DNA of 64,000 nucleotides, from the NCBI GenBank assembly GCA_030390025.1, contig CM059433.1, positions 30,010,001 through 30,074,000 of the forward strand. Direction: 5' to 3'. Below are positions 36,041-47,750 of the stretch, piece by piece. Source of the stretch: Squalus acanthias. Its lineage: Eukaryota. A model generated the notes under the pieces. It was not told where the DNA came from. It saw only the letters and a list, made by a program, of their open reading frames with translations, and made no database searches. How positions within the stretch are numbered: position 1 is the stretch's first letter; each line of letters opens with the position of its first letter. Both the position numbers and the translations under genes were made by a program.

Positions 36041-39000
36041 TATCTGAAAGGAGCAGGACAATGTGCAGGAAAATATACAAATCTCCACTTCAAATTTCTT
36101 GCAAACACTTGGATTTAAAAAAATAAATGATCAGATAATCTGTTTTAGGTGTAGGCTGAGGGATAGATATTGGTTAGGACACCAGGGTAACTCTCCATAC
36201 CTTCTTCCAATAGTGGCCGTGGGATCTTTTACATCCACTTGAGAGGGCAGACCGGGCCTCAGTTTAGTGTCTCCGCCGAAAGACGGCACCTCCAACAATG
36301 CGGCACTTCCTCAGTACTGCCAGCCGAGATTTTGTGCTCAAGTCTCTGGAGTCCGGGCTCAGACCCACAAAACTTCTGACTCAGAGGCAAGTCTACCAAG
36401 AGAGCCATGACTGACACTTTATAAACCCTTTGCTAAATTTAAAACTAAAAGGGACTTTTCAAATTCTGACGAACTTGGGTGGGGGGAGGGAAGGAATCTC
36501 AGATAGCTATTTCAGATAGCTTCAAGCCTGCAGGGCACTGTGCAGGGAGGTACTATCATCACATGGAGGTGGCCCTTCCCGGAAATTAATCAGGATTTTC
36601 CGGATAATTCAGCGCAGACTGGTGACTCATTCCACAAATTCCTTACATTCCTTTCCCTTTTTCCCATTGTTCCTTTTCCCCACCAAGGTTAACTAAACGT
36701 TCAGAGAAACACCCAGTTCCTGTTCTTCCGGCTCAAAGGGGAACTGCTCCTTAATCAATGACCGTGGCTCTGCCCTGTTGCATCATCTGTTCAACAAAAT
36801 TGTGGACGGTCGCAATCAGGTTTCTGATTTACAGCTCCGAATTAAGGAAATATTAATTGCCACGTTTCCGAAATGGACCTCAAACTGCGTGCAGCCGTGT
36901 CTCTTTCTTATCCTCTTCCCTTGTACTGTAGGATTCGGTAATGGAAAATAAACAGCCTTCATACCATAGGGAAATTCATTTCATCCGATCTGGGAGAGTT
37001 TGTCTTTTGAACTCAAGCGATCGTGTTTCTGGCCAATTAAGCAGTGACTCAGGATTACGCACTGAACACATCAGCACCAACAGTCCATCGCCTCTAAATA
37101 TTACCGTGACTCATTCACATCACACTGCCTGTTCGTGATTAATTCATGGTGAAATATAGTCTATATTCTTACATTCCTCACGCTATCGCCACCCCCCGCC
37201 TCCCGATCCTCTTCACTAAAGCAATGTCTCAATGGTTACAATGTGCTTTCCTACCTATTTCTTAAAGAAAGACTTGCATTTATGCAGCGACCACCGGACC
37301 TCCCAAAGCACTTTACAACCAATGAAGTGCTTTTGAAGTGTAGTCACTGATATAATGTAGGAAACGCAGCAGTCAAAGTTGTGCACAGCAAGGTCCCACA
37401 AACAGCAATGTGATAATGACCAGATAATCTGTTTCAGTGATATTGGATGAGGGATAAATATTGGCCGGGGAGAACTCCCCTGCTCTTCTTTGAAATAGTG
37501 CCAGTGGGATCTTTTACATCCACCTGAGAGGGCAGACGGGACCCTGGTTTAATGTCTCACCCGAAAGACGCCACCTCCAACAGTGCAGCGCTCCATCAGT
37601 CATTGCACTGGAGTGCCTGGATTATGTGCTCAAATCCCTGCAGTAGGACTTGAACCCACAACCTTCTGATTCTGAGACAAGCGTGTTACCCACAGAGCCA
37701 CGGCTGACGCCACCAGAAGATCAACAGAAGATAAATTTTGGCAACTAGTAAGTTACTGGTGTGTAATTCCAACAGTACAGCACTCCCTTGGCTGTAAAAG
37801 TACTGAGGTCGTGAAAGGCGCTATATAAATCCAACAACAACAATACCGTGCATTTATATAGCGCCTTTAACCTAGTAAAATGGCCCAAGGTGCTTCACAG
37901 GAGCATTATCAAACTAAATTTGACACCGAGCCACATAAGGAGAAATTAGCAGAGGTGACAAAAAGCTTGGTCAAAGAGGTAGGATCTAAGGAGCGACTTA
38001 AAGGAGGAGAGAGGAATTCCAGAGCTTAAAGCCTAGACAGCTGAAGGCATGGCTGCCAATGGAAGATGCACAAGAGACCAGAAATTGGAGGAGCACAGAG
38101 ATTTGTAGGGCTGGAGTAAGTTACAGAGATGGTGAGAGGGGGCGGTGGTGGGTTACTCTAAGTATTTCTATTTTGTGGTGCTGCACTGGAGTGGCAGCCT
38201 AGATTATGTGCTCAGGTCTCTGGAATCGAGATTTGAAACCACAACCTTCTGACTCAGAAGTGAGAGTACTACTCACTGAGCCACAGCTGACACATATCCC
38301 TAACTTTGAGTACGTGTGTGTATGTTTATATGATGCTGTGCTTTATTATGGTGCTGTCATACCACAGGCCTTACCTATTTAAATCCCTCCAGGGTCTCGC
38401 CCCTCCCTATCTCTGTAACCTCCTCCAGCCCTACAACCCTCCACGATCTCTGTGCTCCTGCAATTCTGGCCTCTTGCGCATCCCTGATTTTCATCGCTCC
38501 ACCATTGGCGGTTGTGCCTTCAGCTGTCTAGGTCTTAAGCTCTGGAATTCTCTATCTAAACCTCTCCGCCTCTCTACCTCTCTCTCCTCCTTCAAGACGC
38601 TCCTTAAAACCTACCTCTTTGGCCAAGCTTTTGGTCACCTGTCCTAATATCTCCTTATGTGGCTCCGTCTCAAATTTTGTCTGATAACACTCCTGTGAAG
38701 CACCTTGGGATGTTTTACTACATTAAAGCCGCTATATAAATGTGATGTGGAGATGGCAGACCCAAATTATAATACATTAATCTCTGGCAAGAGTTTTGCT
38801 CCATGCATGAATTAGATTCTGGTTAGATTTTTCAAATAGTGGGTGGGACAACAAAACTGGAATGTTGAGAAAATTTCGGGGCTGTCCAATGGCCTACTCC
38901 TGTTCCTATAATTGATCTCCAGATGTACACCGTTCATTTGTTTCTAACTTTGAGTCTATACTCCATTAAAATTGAAATGTGCAAATGTGAATACTTCAAT

Positions 39001-39472
39001 ACTGGATAGGGTCCTTTTACATTTTACATAAGTGCCATTTAATTTTATACCAATCACATTTAAGAATGTTAATGTCTTTGTTCCTCTCTCCTTATTTCTT
39101 TTGCTCAGGTACAGTTTATTGGGGAAACGTATTTGTAAATTCAAGCATGTTGGTCTACAATTACTCCAGACACTTGAGCACATAATCTAGGCTGACACTC
39201 CAGGGAAGTATTGAGGGAGTGCTGCAATGTTGGAGGTGCCGTTTATCTGAACAAGACATTAAACCGAGGCCCCATCTGCCCTCTCAGATGGACGTAAAAG
39301 ATCCCATGGCATTATTTAGAAGAAGAGCAGGGGAGTTCTCCCTGGTATATTGGCCAATGATTATCCCTCACCCAACATCACTAAAACAGATGATCAGGTC
39401 ATTATTGCTGTTTGTGGGACCTTGCTGTGCGCAAATTGGCAGCCACATTTCCTACATTACAATAGTGACTGC

Positions 39473-39678
39473 GGCCACGTTTGCGCCCGGGTGGCCCTGG
39501 AGATGGAGCACGCAGTGTCCGCCGGTACGCTTGAGGCCTTCTGCGACCGGTAGGCACCGGAGGGACTGAAGTGCATCATCACCCCTGGCAACCAAATTTT
39601 AATTTAAGTTGTCAAGTTTCATTTAATGTTTTTTGTTAAGTTACAGTCTATTTGTTTATGGTCTATACCAAAAAGAGC
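39473..39678 (+). mobile_element. 3' end of a Tx1/L1-clade-like LINE inserted in a SINE
   Basis: CpG-rich piece encoding ARVALEMEHAVSAGTLEAF..ILI*. A 15-bp TSD, TACAATAGTGACTGC, is at 39458-39472 and 39679-39693. Confidence 0.6.
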
Positions 39679-40244
39679 TACAATAGTGACTGCACAGTAC
39701 TTCATAGGTTGTAAAGCACTTTGGGATGTCCTGAGGTGGTGAAAGGCACTATATAAATGCAAGTTCGTTCTTTCTTCTTTTCTTTCATTGCTGAATATCA
39801 AATTAGGATTCAAGGATTTTTGCCAGTGTTTTGGGAGTCTAATTCTGAGACTCATGAATTTTTCCTTTAAATGCCACAAATCATTGACTTTATTCCAATA
39901 AGTCTGGGTGTGTGTTTGCAAACGATACAAAAATGTGCAGGAGGTTAGTAATTCAGAACAAAATTGATAGGTTGTAGGCTGATTTAGATGGGTTTGGTGA
40001 CTGGGCTCCTGCATGGTAGGTGCTATTTAATGTGGATGAGTCAAGCACTTGGGTTAGGAAATTCCAGGTATGTCTATACTATGGAGGGGCACATGTTAAT
40101 GGAAACACAGCAGGAAGGAGTCTTGAGGGTAGTAGTTGATCCTCATTAAAAGGGCACAATGTGAGGCTGCTATATAGAACGCATATAGAGTTTTGGGTCA
40201 TATCAATGCAAGTTGTGGTTATTTTTGTTATAAAAGAAAGAAAG

Positions 40245-41231
40245 GGGGTTATTTTTGGCCAAAGGTTGAAAACAGGTGCTAAATGGGTGCTGTGCTATTA
40301 AGACACGCCTGTTTGAAAGTCTGGATATAGCATACAATTTTGGTCCTAATTGCTGATTACCATAATTTGAACTTGCCTGGAGGTGCTAAACCAGAAACCT
40401 GCAAGTTTAGCACTCAAGTGCTGATTAGAAACAATTTTCATGGAGCAGTATATGTGGGCTCCTCGCATCCACATCCACTGATGTTTGCAGGATGGCTCAG
40501 GATCAAGGGAGATGGCGCACAGGTTTTCGGATGTGGCACTGGAGGTCCTAGTGGAGGAGGTCCAGAGGAGGAGAGATGTCCCGCAAGGGGAAGGATGCCA
40601 CCTCACCCTCCTGTTCCTCGCTCCTGCAGCAGCTGGTGCTGCTCTCATGTTCTCCTCCCATTCCTCGTCCAGACCAAGGAGCACCCCTAGCAAGATGCTA
40701 ATGACCAAGCACTCCCTTTCTCCTGGTGACTCCTATAAGGTGTCCAATAAGGTGGAGTAGCACAGCACTGACCCTTTTGAGGTGAAGTCCTCAGCGAATT
40801 TGCGGAATAAATGTTGATGAAGCCTTGACAAAGTGTCCCAGAACATCTCCCGATGTGTTTCAGAGGTCCTCTTCACAGCTCCAGCAGCAAGTGAACATGA
40901 AATGGTGAGTATCCCTTTAAGTAGAGCTTGAAATCCACCTCAACGCCTTGTTTACTCCCAACCAGCTGGTCGATGTTAAGAGAAAGTGTTAGGACAAGCG
41001 CGAGCCACCAAAATGATATGCAGCCTCCTTAATGAGTGCTAGCAGCCATTTTAAGAGGTAATTGAGCCCTTGAAGAGCCTCCGGGCGGCCGTTCCTAGCG
41101 GAGGCATCAACTCCTTTACCAAGATGGCGTCTTCCGCTAAACATGGACTAAAGCAGCATTTCAGCTCAAGACCCCAACTTGGCCACCTCGGAGGCTCTTT
41201 AGCATCTGAACATACTGCCGAAAATCACCCC
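40245..41231. mobile_element. Degenerate Harbinger derivative with a Myb N-terminal remnant, next to a SINE tail
   Basis: TIRs GGGGTTATTTTTGGC / GCCGAAAATCACCCC match at 13/15. HRFSDVALEVLVEEVQRRRDV is encoded on + at about 40515-40580. Confidence 0.65.
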
Positions 41232-44200
41232 AAAGACTTGTATTTATATAGCGCCTTTCACAAACTCAGAGCATCCCAAAGTGCTTTACAGCCAATGAAA
41301 TACTTTTGAAGTGTAGTCACTGTTGTAAGGTAGGAAATGCGGCAGCCAATTTGCACACAGCATGACCCCACAAACAGCAATTTGATAATGACCAGATAAT
41401 CTGTTTTTTAGTGAGGTTGATTGAGGCATAAATATTGGTCAGGACACCAGGGAGAACTCCCATGCTCTTCTTCAAAATAGTGTTATGGGATCTTTTACAT
41501 CCACCTGAGAAAGGCAGGTGGGGACCCGACTTAATGTCTCATCTGAGAGATGACATCTCCAACAGTGCAGCACTCCCTTAGTATTGCACTGGAGTCTCAG
41601 CATAGATTTTGTGCTCAAGTCTCTGGAATGGGACTAGAGCCCACAACCTTCTGTCTCAAAGGCAAGAAAGCTACCCTGTAGTAAACTGTATTGCTAGGAC
41701 CATTGAGTACAAAATAAAGAGTACTATACTTAGGCTACATAAGGCTTTAATATGTCTGCACTTCGGACTATTGTGTTCAGTTTGGGTCCTCACCCGTGGT
41801 GAAGAATATTGAGTCTCTGAAAAGGATGTAGAGGAGGGCAACCAGAATGGCACCAAATCTAACAGCTCTTAGTCAGTCATGAAGATAAGCTGCAAGAGTT
41901 AGGAGTATAGAGAAATGGAAGGCTAAATGATTGACTTTTTTAAACTGATGATAGGATTGGATACAATCCAGGCAGATAGATTATTTGAAATGGATAGGAA
42001 TGGGAGGATGAGAAGCAATGCCTATAAAATCCGTAGGCACAGTTAGGTTAGATGCCAGCAAGTATTTATTTTCAAAGTCATTACCTTTTGGAATACCCTG
42101 CCAAGATGTGTTGAAAATGGGGTTGCTGCAGTCCTTTAAAAAAGGAAGTTTCCAGTTATAGAGGGTAAGTTGCAAGTTAGTTGAGATTATGATGAATTAT
42201 AGGCTATTGCAACCTCTTGGATCTTAGCTTAATTGTCTTAGGGAGTCGAAGAAGAATCTCTTGGATTTTTTTTCCAAATTGCTTGTATTTTTTTCCTGCA
42301 TTTTTTGCCTCTCCCAGTTACTAAGAAGTGGATGAACAGATTGTAAGATTGCACTGTTAGTTGAATGGAGAGGGCTCGATGTGCTTTAAAAATGTTTCTT
42401 AGCCTTCTTTTTATATATTCATATGAACAATTTAATTGCAAGTCTTAATAAATTGCACTTTTCCTAAAACACAGATTTCATTAAAAAAGTTTTTTTCTGC
42501 AAGTGACATCTTTATGTGTCAGCTGTGGCTCAGTGAGTAGCAATCTTGCCTCCGAGTCAGAAGGTTGGGATTTGAAGTTCCACTCCAGAGACCTGAGCAT
42601 AATATCTAGGCTGACACTTCAGTGCAGTACCGAGTGAGTGCTACACTGTCAGAGGTGACGTCTTTCAGATGAGATGTTAAAACAAAGCCTCGTCTGCTTT
42701 CTCAGGTGGGCATAAAAGATCCCATGACACTACTTCGAAGAAGAGCAGGGAAGTTCTCCCCGGTGTCCTGGCCAATGTTCATCCCTCAACCAAACATCAC
42801 TACAACAGATTATTTGTTCATTATCTCATTGCTGTTTGTGGGACATTGCTGTGCACAAATTGGCTCTTGCATTTCCTACATTACAATAGTGACTACACTT
42901 TAAAAGGATGTCCTGAGGTTGTGAAAGGCAATATATAAATGCAAGTCATTCTTTTATCGTTCTTAAAAGTGATTAGTATTTCCATTGTGAGTTGTAAGTC
43001 TTAATACGCCCTGTGCAGTAACCAGCAATGAACAAAGTGAAAACCATTAAGAAAACTCATTGAGAATTAATTTGCTCTTGATGAATGTTCCCAGAGTAGT
43101 GCAGGAAATAACCTACAGAATACGGCAACCTCCTGCATCCCATTAGATCAGTAAGTATTCTCAGACTTGTACATTAATATAAAGGATTCCATTGTACAGA
43201 GAGGCTTGCACTAGGATCTTTATTTCAGTTCATGAGTGAGAGCTCAATAGTTCATGCTGTTGAGAGCAACCACAATTTGTTCTGTTCACATCAAGGCAGT
43301 GTTCCATATTCTAAAATAAAAGTTAACACCTGAACAATGATCTCCATCTGAGATCTTTCTCTGTTATATAGAATTTACAGCACAGAAACAGGCCATTCGG
43401 CCTATACTGACATTTATGCTCCACATGAGCCTCTTCCCAACCGACTTAATCTCACCCTATCAGTATAACCTTCTATTCCTTTCTCCTTTAAGTCTTTATC
43501 TAGCTTCCCCTTAAATTGCTTAGCAAGTTCCACATTCTTACCACTCTTTGGGTAAAGAAGTTTCTCCTGAATTCCTTCTTGGATTTATTAGTGAGTGTCT
43601 TTTATTTATGACCCCTAGTTTTGGTCTCCCCACAAGTGACTTATTCCGTCACTTAAACCAGTGTGCTTTAAGAGAATGAATCTGGGTTTGTTTTCATTGT
43701 AAACTAATTCCTCTTAACTCGCCACAAGACTGAAGGATAAATGCCCATGAATAGTCAATGTGTGGAACTATTATATTCCCAATTTGTATACTGAGCTTAC
43801 ATTTTAGTTACGGCACCCTGCTGATCTCAAGCGTTATACTTATTGAGAAATACTATGGTTATTTAAATAATGGAGAAGTAACTAAATACTGAAGTCCCTT
43901 CCCCTCCGCCTGTGCTTAGTTTTCTTCAAAGGACATAATATAGAGAAGCTATTCCTAACACACATTACAATGCATTAATGAGTGGAAATTTTGGGATGCA
44001 GTATATGAGTCATTTGAGAAATAAAATGTGGTAAGTGTAGCATGCTTGGGTGGAACAGGTGACTTTGGACCCATGGCACCCAAAGCTCTCCACCACTGGG
44101 GGTTTTCCTTGCCTCATGTCTGGGTTTGTTGTAGACTAATTGATAGAGATTGATTGCTATGATTAGTCAACAACTCCATTATCATTGTATCAAGTGACTA

Positions 44201-44980
44201 CCAGGATGGTAGAAGGCGAACTAGATGAACTTTGGTCTTTTTTCGTCTAGCAATGTATGTTACTTTGAAAGTTAACCAGTATAAAAGAAAGTATAATTTT
44301 AATATTCAATTAGGTACAAGTAGTTTTAAGAAATATATATTTGTAATTGGTATTAAGAAAGACTTGCATTTATATAGCGCCTTTCATGACCACCAGACGT
44401 TCCAAAGCGCTTTACAGCCAATGAAGAACTTTTTGAAGTGTAGTCACTGTTGTAATGTAGGAAATATTAGTTTATAATATATTGAACATTAACATATTTT
44501 TATTTGAGAAAAAGAATTATCACAAATTGCAGTCGACAAATATGTAACTGAGATTAACTTTTTTACTTTTTTTGCTGTTTCATCTGTGTTATCGAGATAA
44601 ACATCAACCTCAAAAGTTTCCAATCTGGGATTTTATTGGTTTAAATCTGAAATATGTACAATCAAAACACAATATTCTGCTCAACCTCTCTGTGTCTCTT
44701 ACATATCCACTGGTGTCTCTTATATACCTTTTTTTACAACATCAAAATACTTTCTAAACTGTTGACTTTGTGGATGATGTAGTGCAACATTCACTGTTTT
44801 TTGCAAGATCTTTTTGCTTAGCTCTCCATAGCAAAAGCACATTTGGTGATAGATCACTGTATCATGGGAATCAAATCCATTTTGCACTACATACTTCTAA
44901 CAAAATACACTCTCCTCATCTGCCTTTATCTATTCACACAGATTTCCATGGAAACCTCAAATTCATATAAACTATCACTT

Positions 44981-46310
44981 ACATAAGAAATAGGAGCAGG
45001 AGTAGGCCATTTGGCCCCTCGAGCCTGCTCTGCCATTCAATAAGATCATGGCTGATCTACCTCAACGGCACTATCCCCATATCCCCTGATTCCCTTAATA
45101 TCCAAAAATCTATCAACCTCTGTCTTGACTATACTCAATGACTGAGCCTCCACAGCTCTCTGGGGTAGAGAATTCCAAAGATTCACCACCCTCTGAGTGA
45201 AGAAATTTCTCCTCACCTCAGTCCTAAATCGGCAACCCCTTATTCTGAGACTGTGACCCCTGGTTCTAGACTCCCCAGCCAGGGGAAACATCCTCTCAGC
45301 ATCTATCCTGTCGAGCCCTGTCAGAATTTTGTATGTTTCAATGAGATCACCTCTCATTCTTCTAAACTCTAGAGAATATAGGCCTAGTCTACTCAATCTC
45401 TCCTCATAGGACAATCCCCCCATCCCAGGAATCAGTCTGGTCAACCTTCATTGCACTCCCTCTATGGCAAGTATATCCTTCCTTAGGTAAGGAGACCAAA
45501 ACTGTACACAATCCTCCAGGTGTGGTCTCACCAAAGCCCTATATAATTGCAGTAAGATGTCTTTACTCTTATACTCAAATCATATTGTAATAAAGACCAA
45601 CATACCATTTGCTTTCCTAATTGCTTGGTGTACCTGCATGTTAACTTTCAGTGATTCGTGTACAAGGACACCCAGGTCCCTCTGAACACCAACATTTCCC
45701 AATCTCTCACCATTTAAAAATACTCTTTTTTCCTACTAAAGTGGATAACTTCACATTTCTCCACATTATACTCCATTTGCCATGTTCTTGCCCACTCACT
45801 TAGCTTGTCTATATCCCCTTGAAGCCTCCTTGCATCCTCCTCACAACTCACAATCCCATCCAGCTTTGTATCATCAGCAAACTTGGATATATTACATTTG
45901 GTCCCCTCATCCAAATCATTGATATAGATTGTGAATAGCTGAGGCCCAAGCACTGATCCTTGCAGTACCCCACTAGTTACAGCCTGCCAACCCGAAAATG
46001 ACCCGTTTATTCCTACTCTCTGTTTTCTATCCGTTAACCAATCCTCAATCCATGCTAATATATTACCCCCAATTCCATGAGTCCTAATTTTGTTTAATAA
46101 CCTCTTGTGTGGTACCTTATCGAATGCCTTCTGAAAATCCAAATACACCACATCCACTGGTTCCCCTTTATCTATTCTGCTAGTTACAGCCACCAAAAAC
46201 TCTAACAGATTGGTCAAACACGATTTCCCTTTCATAAATCCGTGTTGACTCTGCCCAATCCTATTATTATTTTCTAAGTGCCCTGTTACCTCGTTCTTAA
46301 TAATAGATTC
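44981..46310 (-). mobile_element. CR1 LINE, 5'-truncated RT, just upstream of the PTP4A promoter
   Basis: Motifs YLDFQKAFDKVPH, QGSVLGPQLF and KFADDTKL; same family as the 16.6-19.8-kb copy. Confidence 0.92.
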
Positions 46311-46799
46311 CTTCATTTTTATTAAGTCCTGGTCCTCATCATATTTTACACGCCGCTCTCGGTAGGAATTCCAATTTCCCTTGACAGCTCTCTGGATCAC
46401 AAGGTTTTGTATGTCACCTGAGGACGTGCTGTCTGTCCCCACCCTGTCAAATTGTGGTCTGACAACATTCCCCCAGTCCATCGCCTTGCAAGCACACAAT
46501 GTTATCACGCCCATTGTTGCTAAAGATGTTCATGCACGATCTAGAGGGGGCGCGGTGGGGGGACGACACCCCGTTTAAGTGGATTTTCCATCTTGCAATC
46601 CAAAATTATATTAGGGCATTTATTTATAACCTTACAGACTCGTGACCGCAGCAAAAAAAAGGAAGTGACATTTGGAGATAATCAGCTTTGTGCGTATGCA
46701 TGGATAATTCTGCATTTATTTATTTTTGCAAACCCATTCTTTTTATATTCCTCACACACACAAAATAAAAAGGAATTTGCTTAGCATTACTGAGCAGCA

Positions 46800-47750
46800 C
46801 CGCACCCCACAATACACACCTCCTCCTCTCCCGCGAGACAAGTGATCCCAGCCCGGCTCAGACCAACTCGCGCTAACCGGCTCGCGCCGGCTGCCTCTCC
46901 TGTGATTGGCGGAGCGGCCGGCCGGGTGACGCGCGGCTGACGTCAGCCGGCCGGGAGGTTATAAGAAGGCGGACTGGAGGCGAGGGGGCGGACGTCGACG
47001 CCGGAGCCGGGGACGAGACGCGCACACACATATCTATAAAGGGGGTGGGGGGAGAAAAAGGAGCGAGCAAGCGAGCGAGAGCTTCCACCAGAAAAAAGCC
47101 ACCGGGACCTGGGCAGTGTGGAGCAGAGCGGAGCGCCTGAGCGGGACTCATTCTTCAATGAGTAAGCACATCCCTGTAAGTGAGCGGCCGCGCGCGCGCG
47201 CTCGCTGGCGTGTCCTGGGGAGGTGGGGGCACGCGCGCCGCCTGACACCCCCTTCTCTCAGTGCACGCGCATTTCTGCCCGGGCTCGAGGACAGTTAACG
47301 GTCGTCCCGCTCCTCAAAAAGGGGCCGCGCCTCAGTCGGGGGAGAGACGGGCCCCCGGCTCTAGTGGAGTGGGAGCGCCGCCCGCTCCGGCTTCATCGAA
47401 TTGTTTGCCGGGGGTGGGGGGTTTTGTTCGATGGTTCTCCTCCCCGCTCCCGGGGTGTGTCTCTCTCTCTGACCGCCCACAAACTCCGGTCCCGCTGGGT
47501 GGATGGAGAGAAAGAGCGCGGCTCCTCCGCTCTCCCCGGCCACTAAAATGGCTCCTCCGCTGTTTAATAACGTGGCTGGTGTGGTGGGGTTGGGGGGTGG
47601 CGCCTGGCCTGCTTCGCTTTTCTCTCATTCGACCCGGCCTCGCCCCTTCGACTGACTGAGCGGTGAGGAGCCAAGCTTCCCCCTCCCCGGGCTCGCTTCC
47701 ATTATTTCTCTCTCCAGTAACTGAGAGCCTCCCCTCCCCGGTCAGCCGGC
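46800..47750 (+). promoter_or_regulatory. CpG-island promoter and exon 1 of the PTP4A gene
   Basis: GC- and CpG-rich, non-repetitive segment. Motifs: inverted CCAAT (ATTGG 46905-46909), half-CRE at 46927, full CRE TGACGTCA 46938-46945, TATAAG at 46960, GC box at about 46984, TATAAA 47035-47040, exon-1 donor at 47176. Confidence 0.85.
47158..47175 (+). CDS. uORF part 1 (MSKHIP) at the 3' end of PTP4A exon 1
   Basis: ATG AGT AAG CAC ATC CCT is followed directly by consensus donor gtaagt at 47176, inside the CpG island. Confidence 0.85.
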
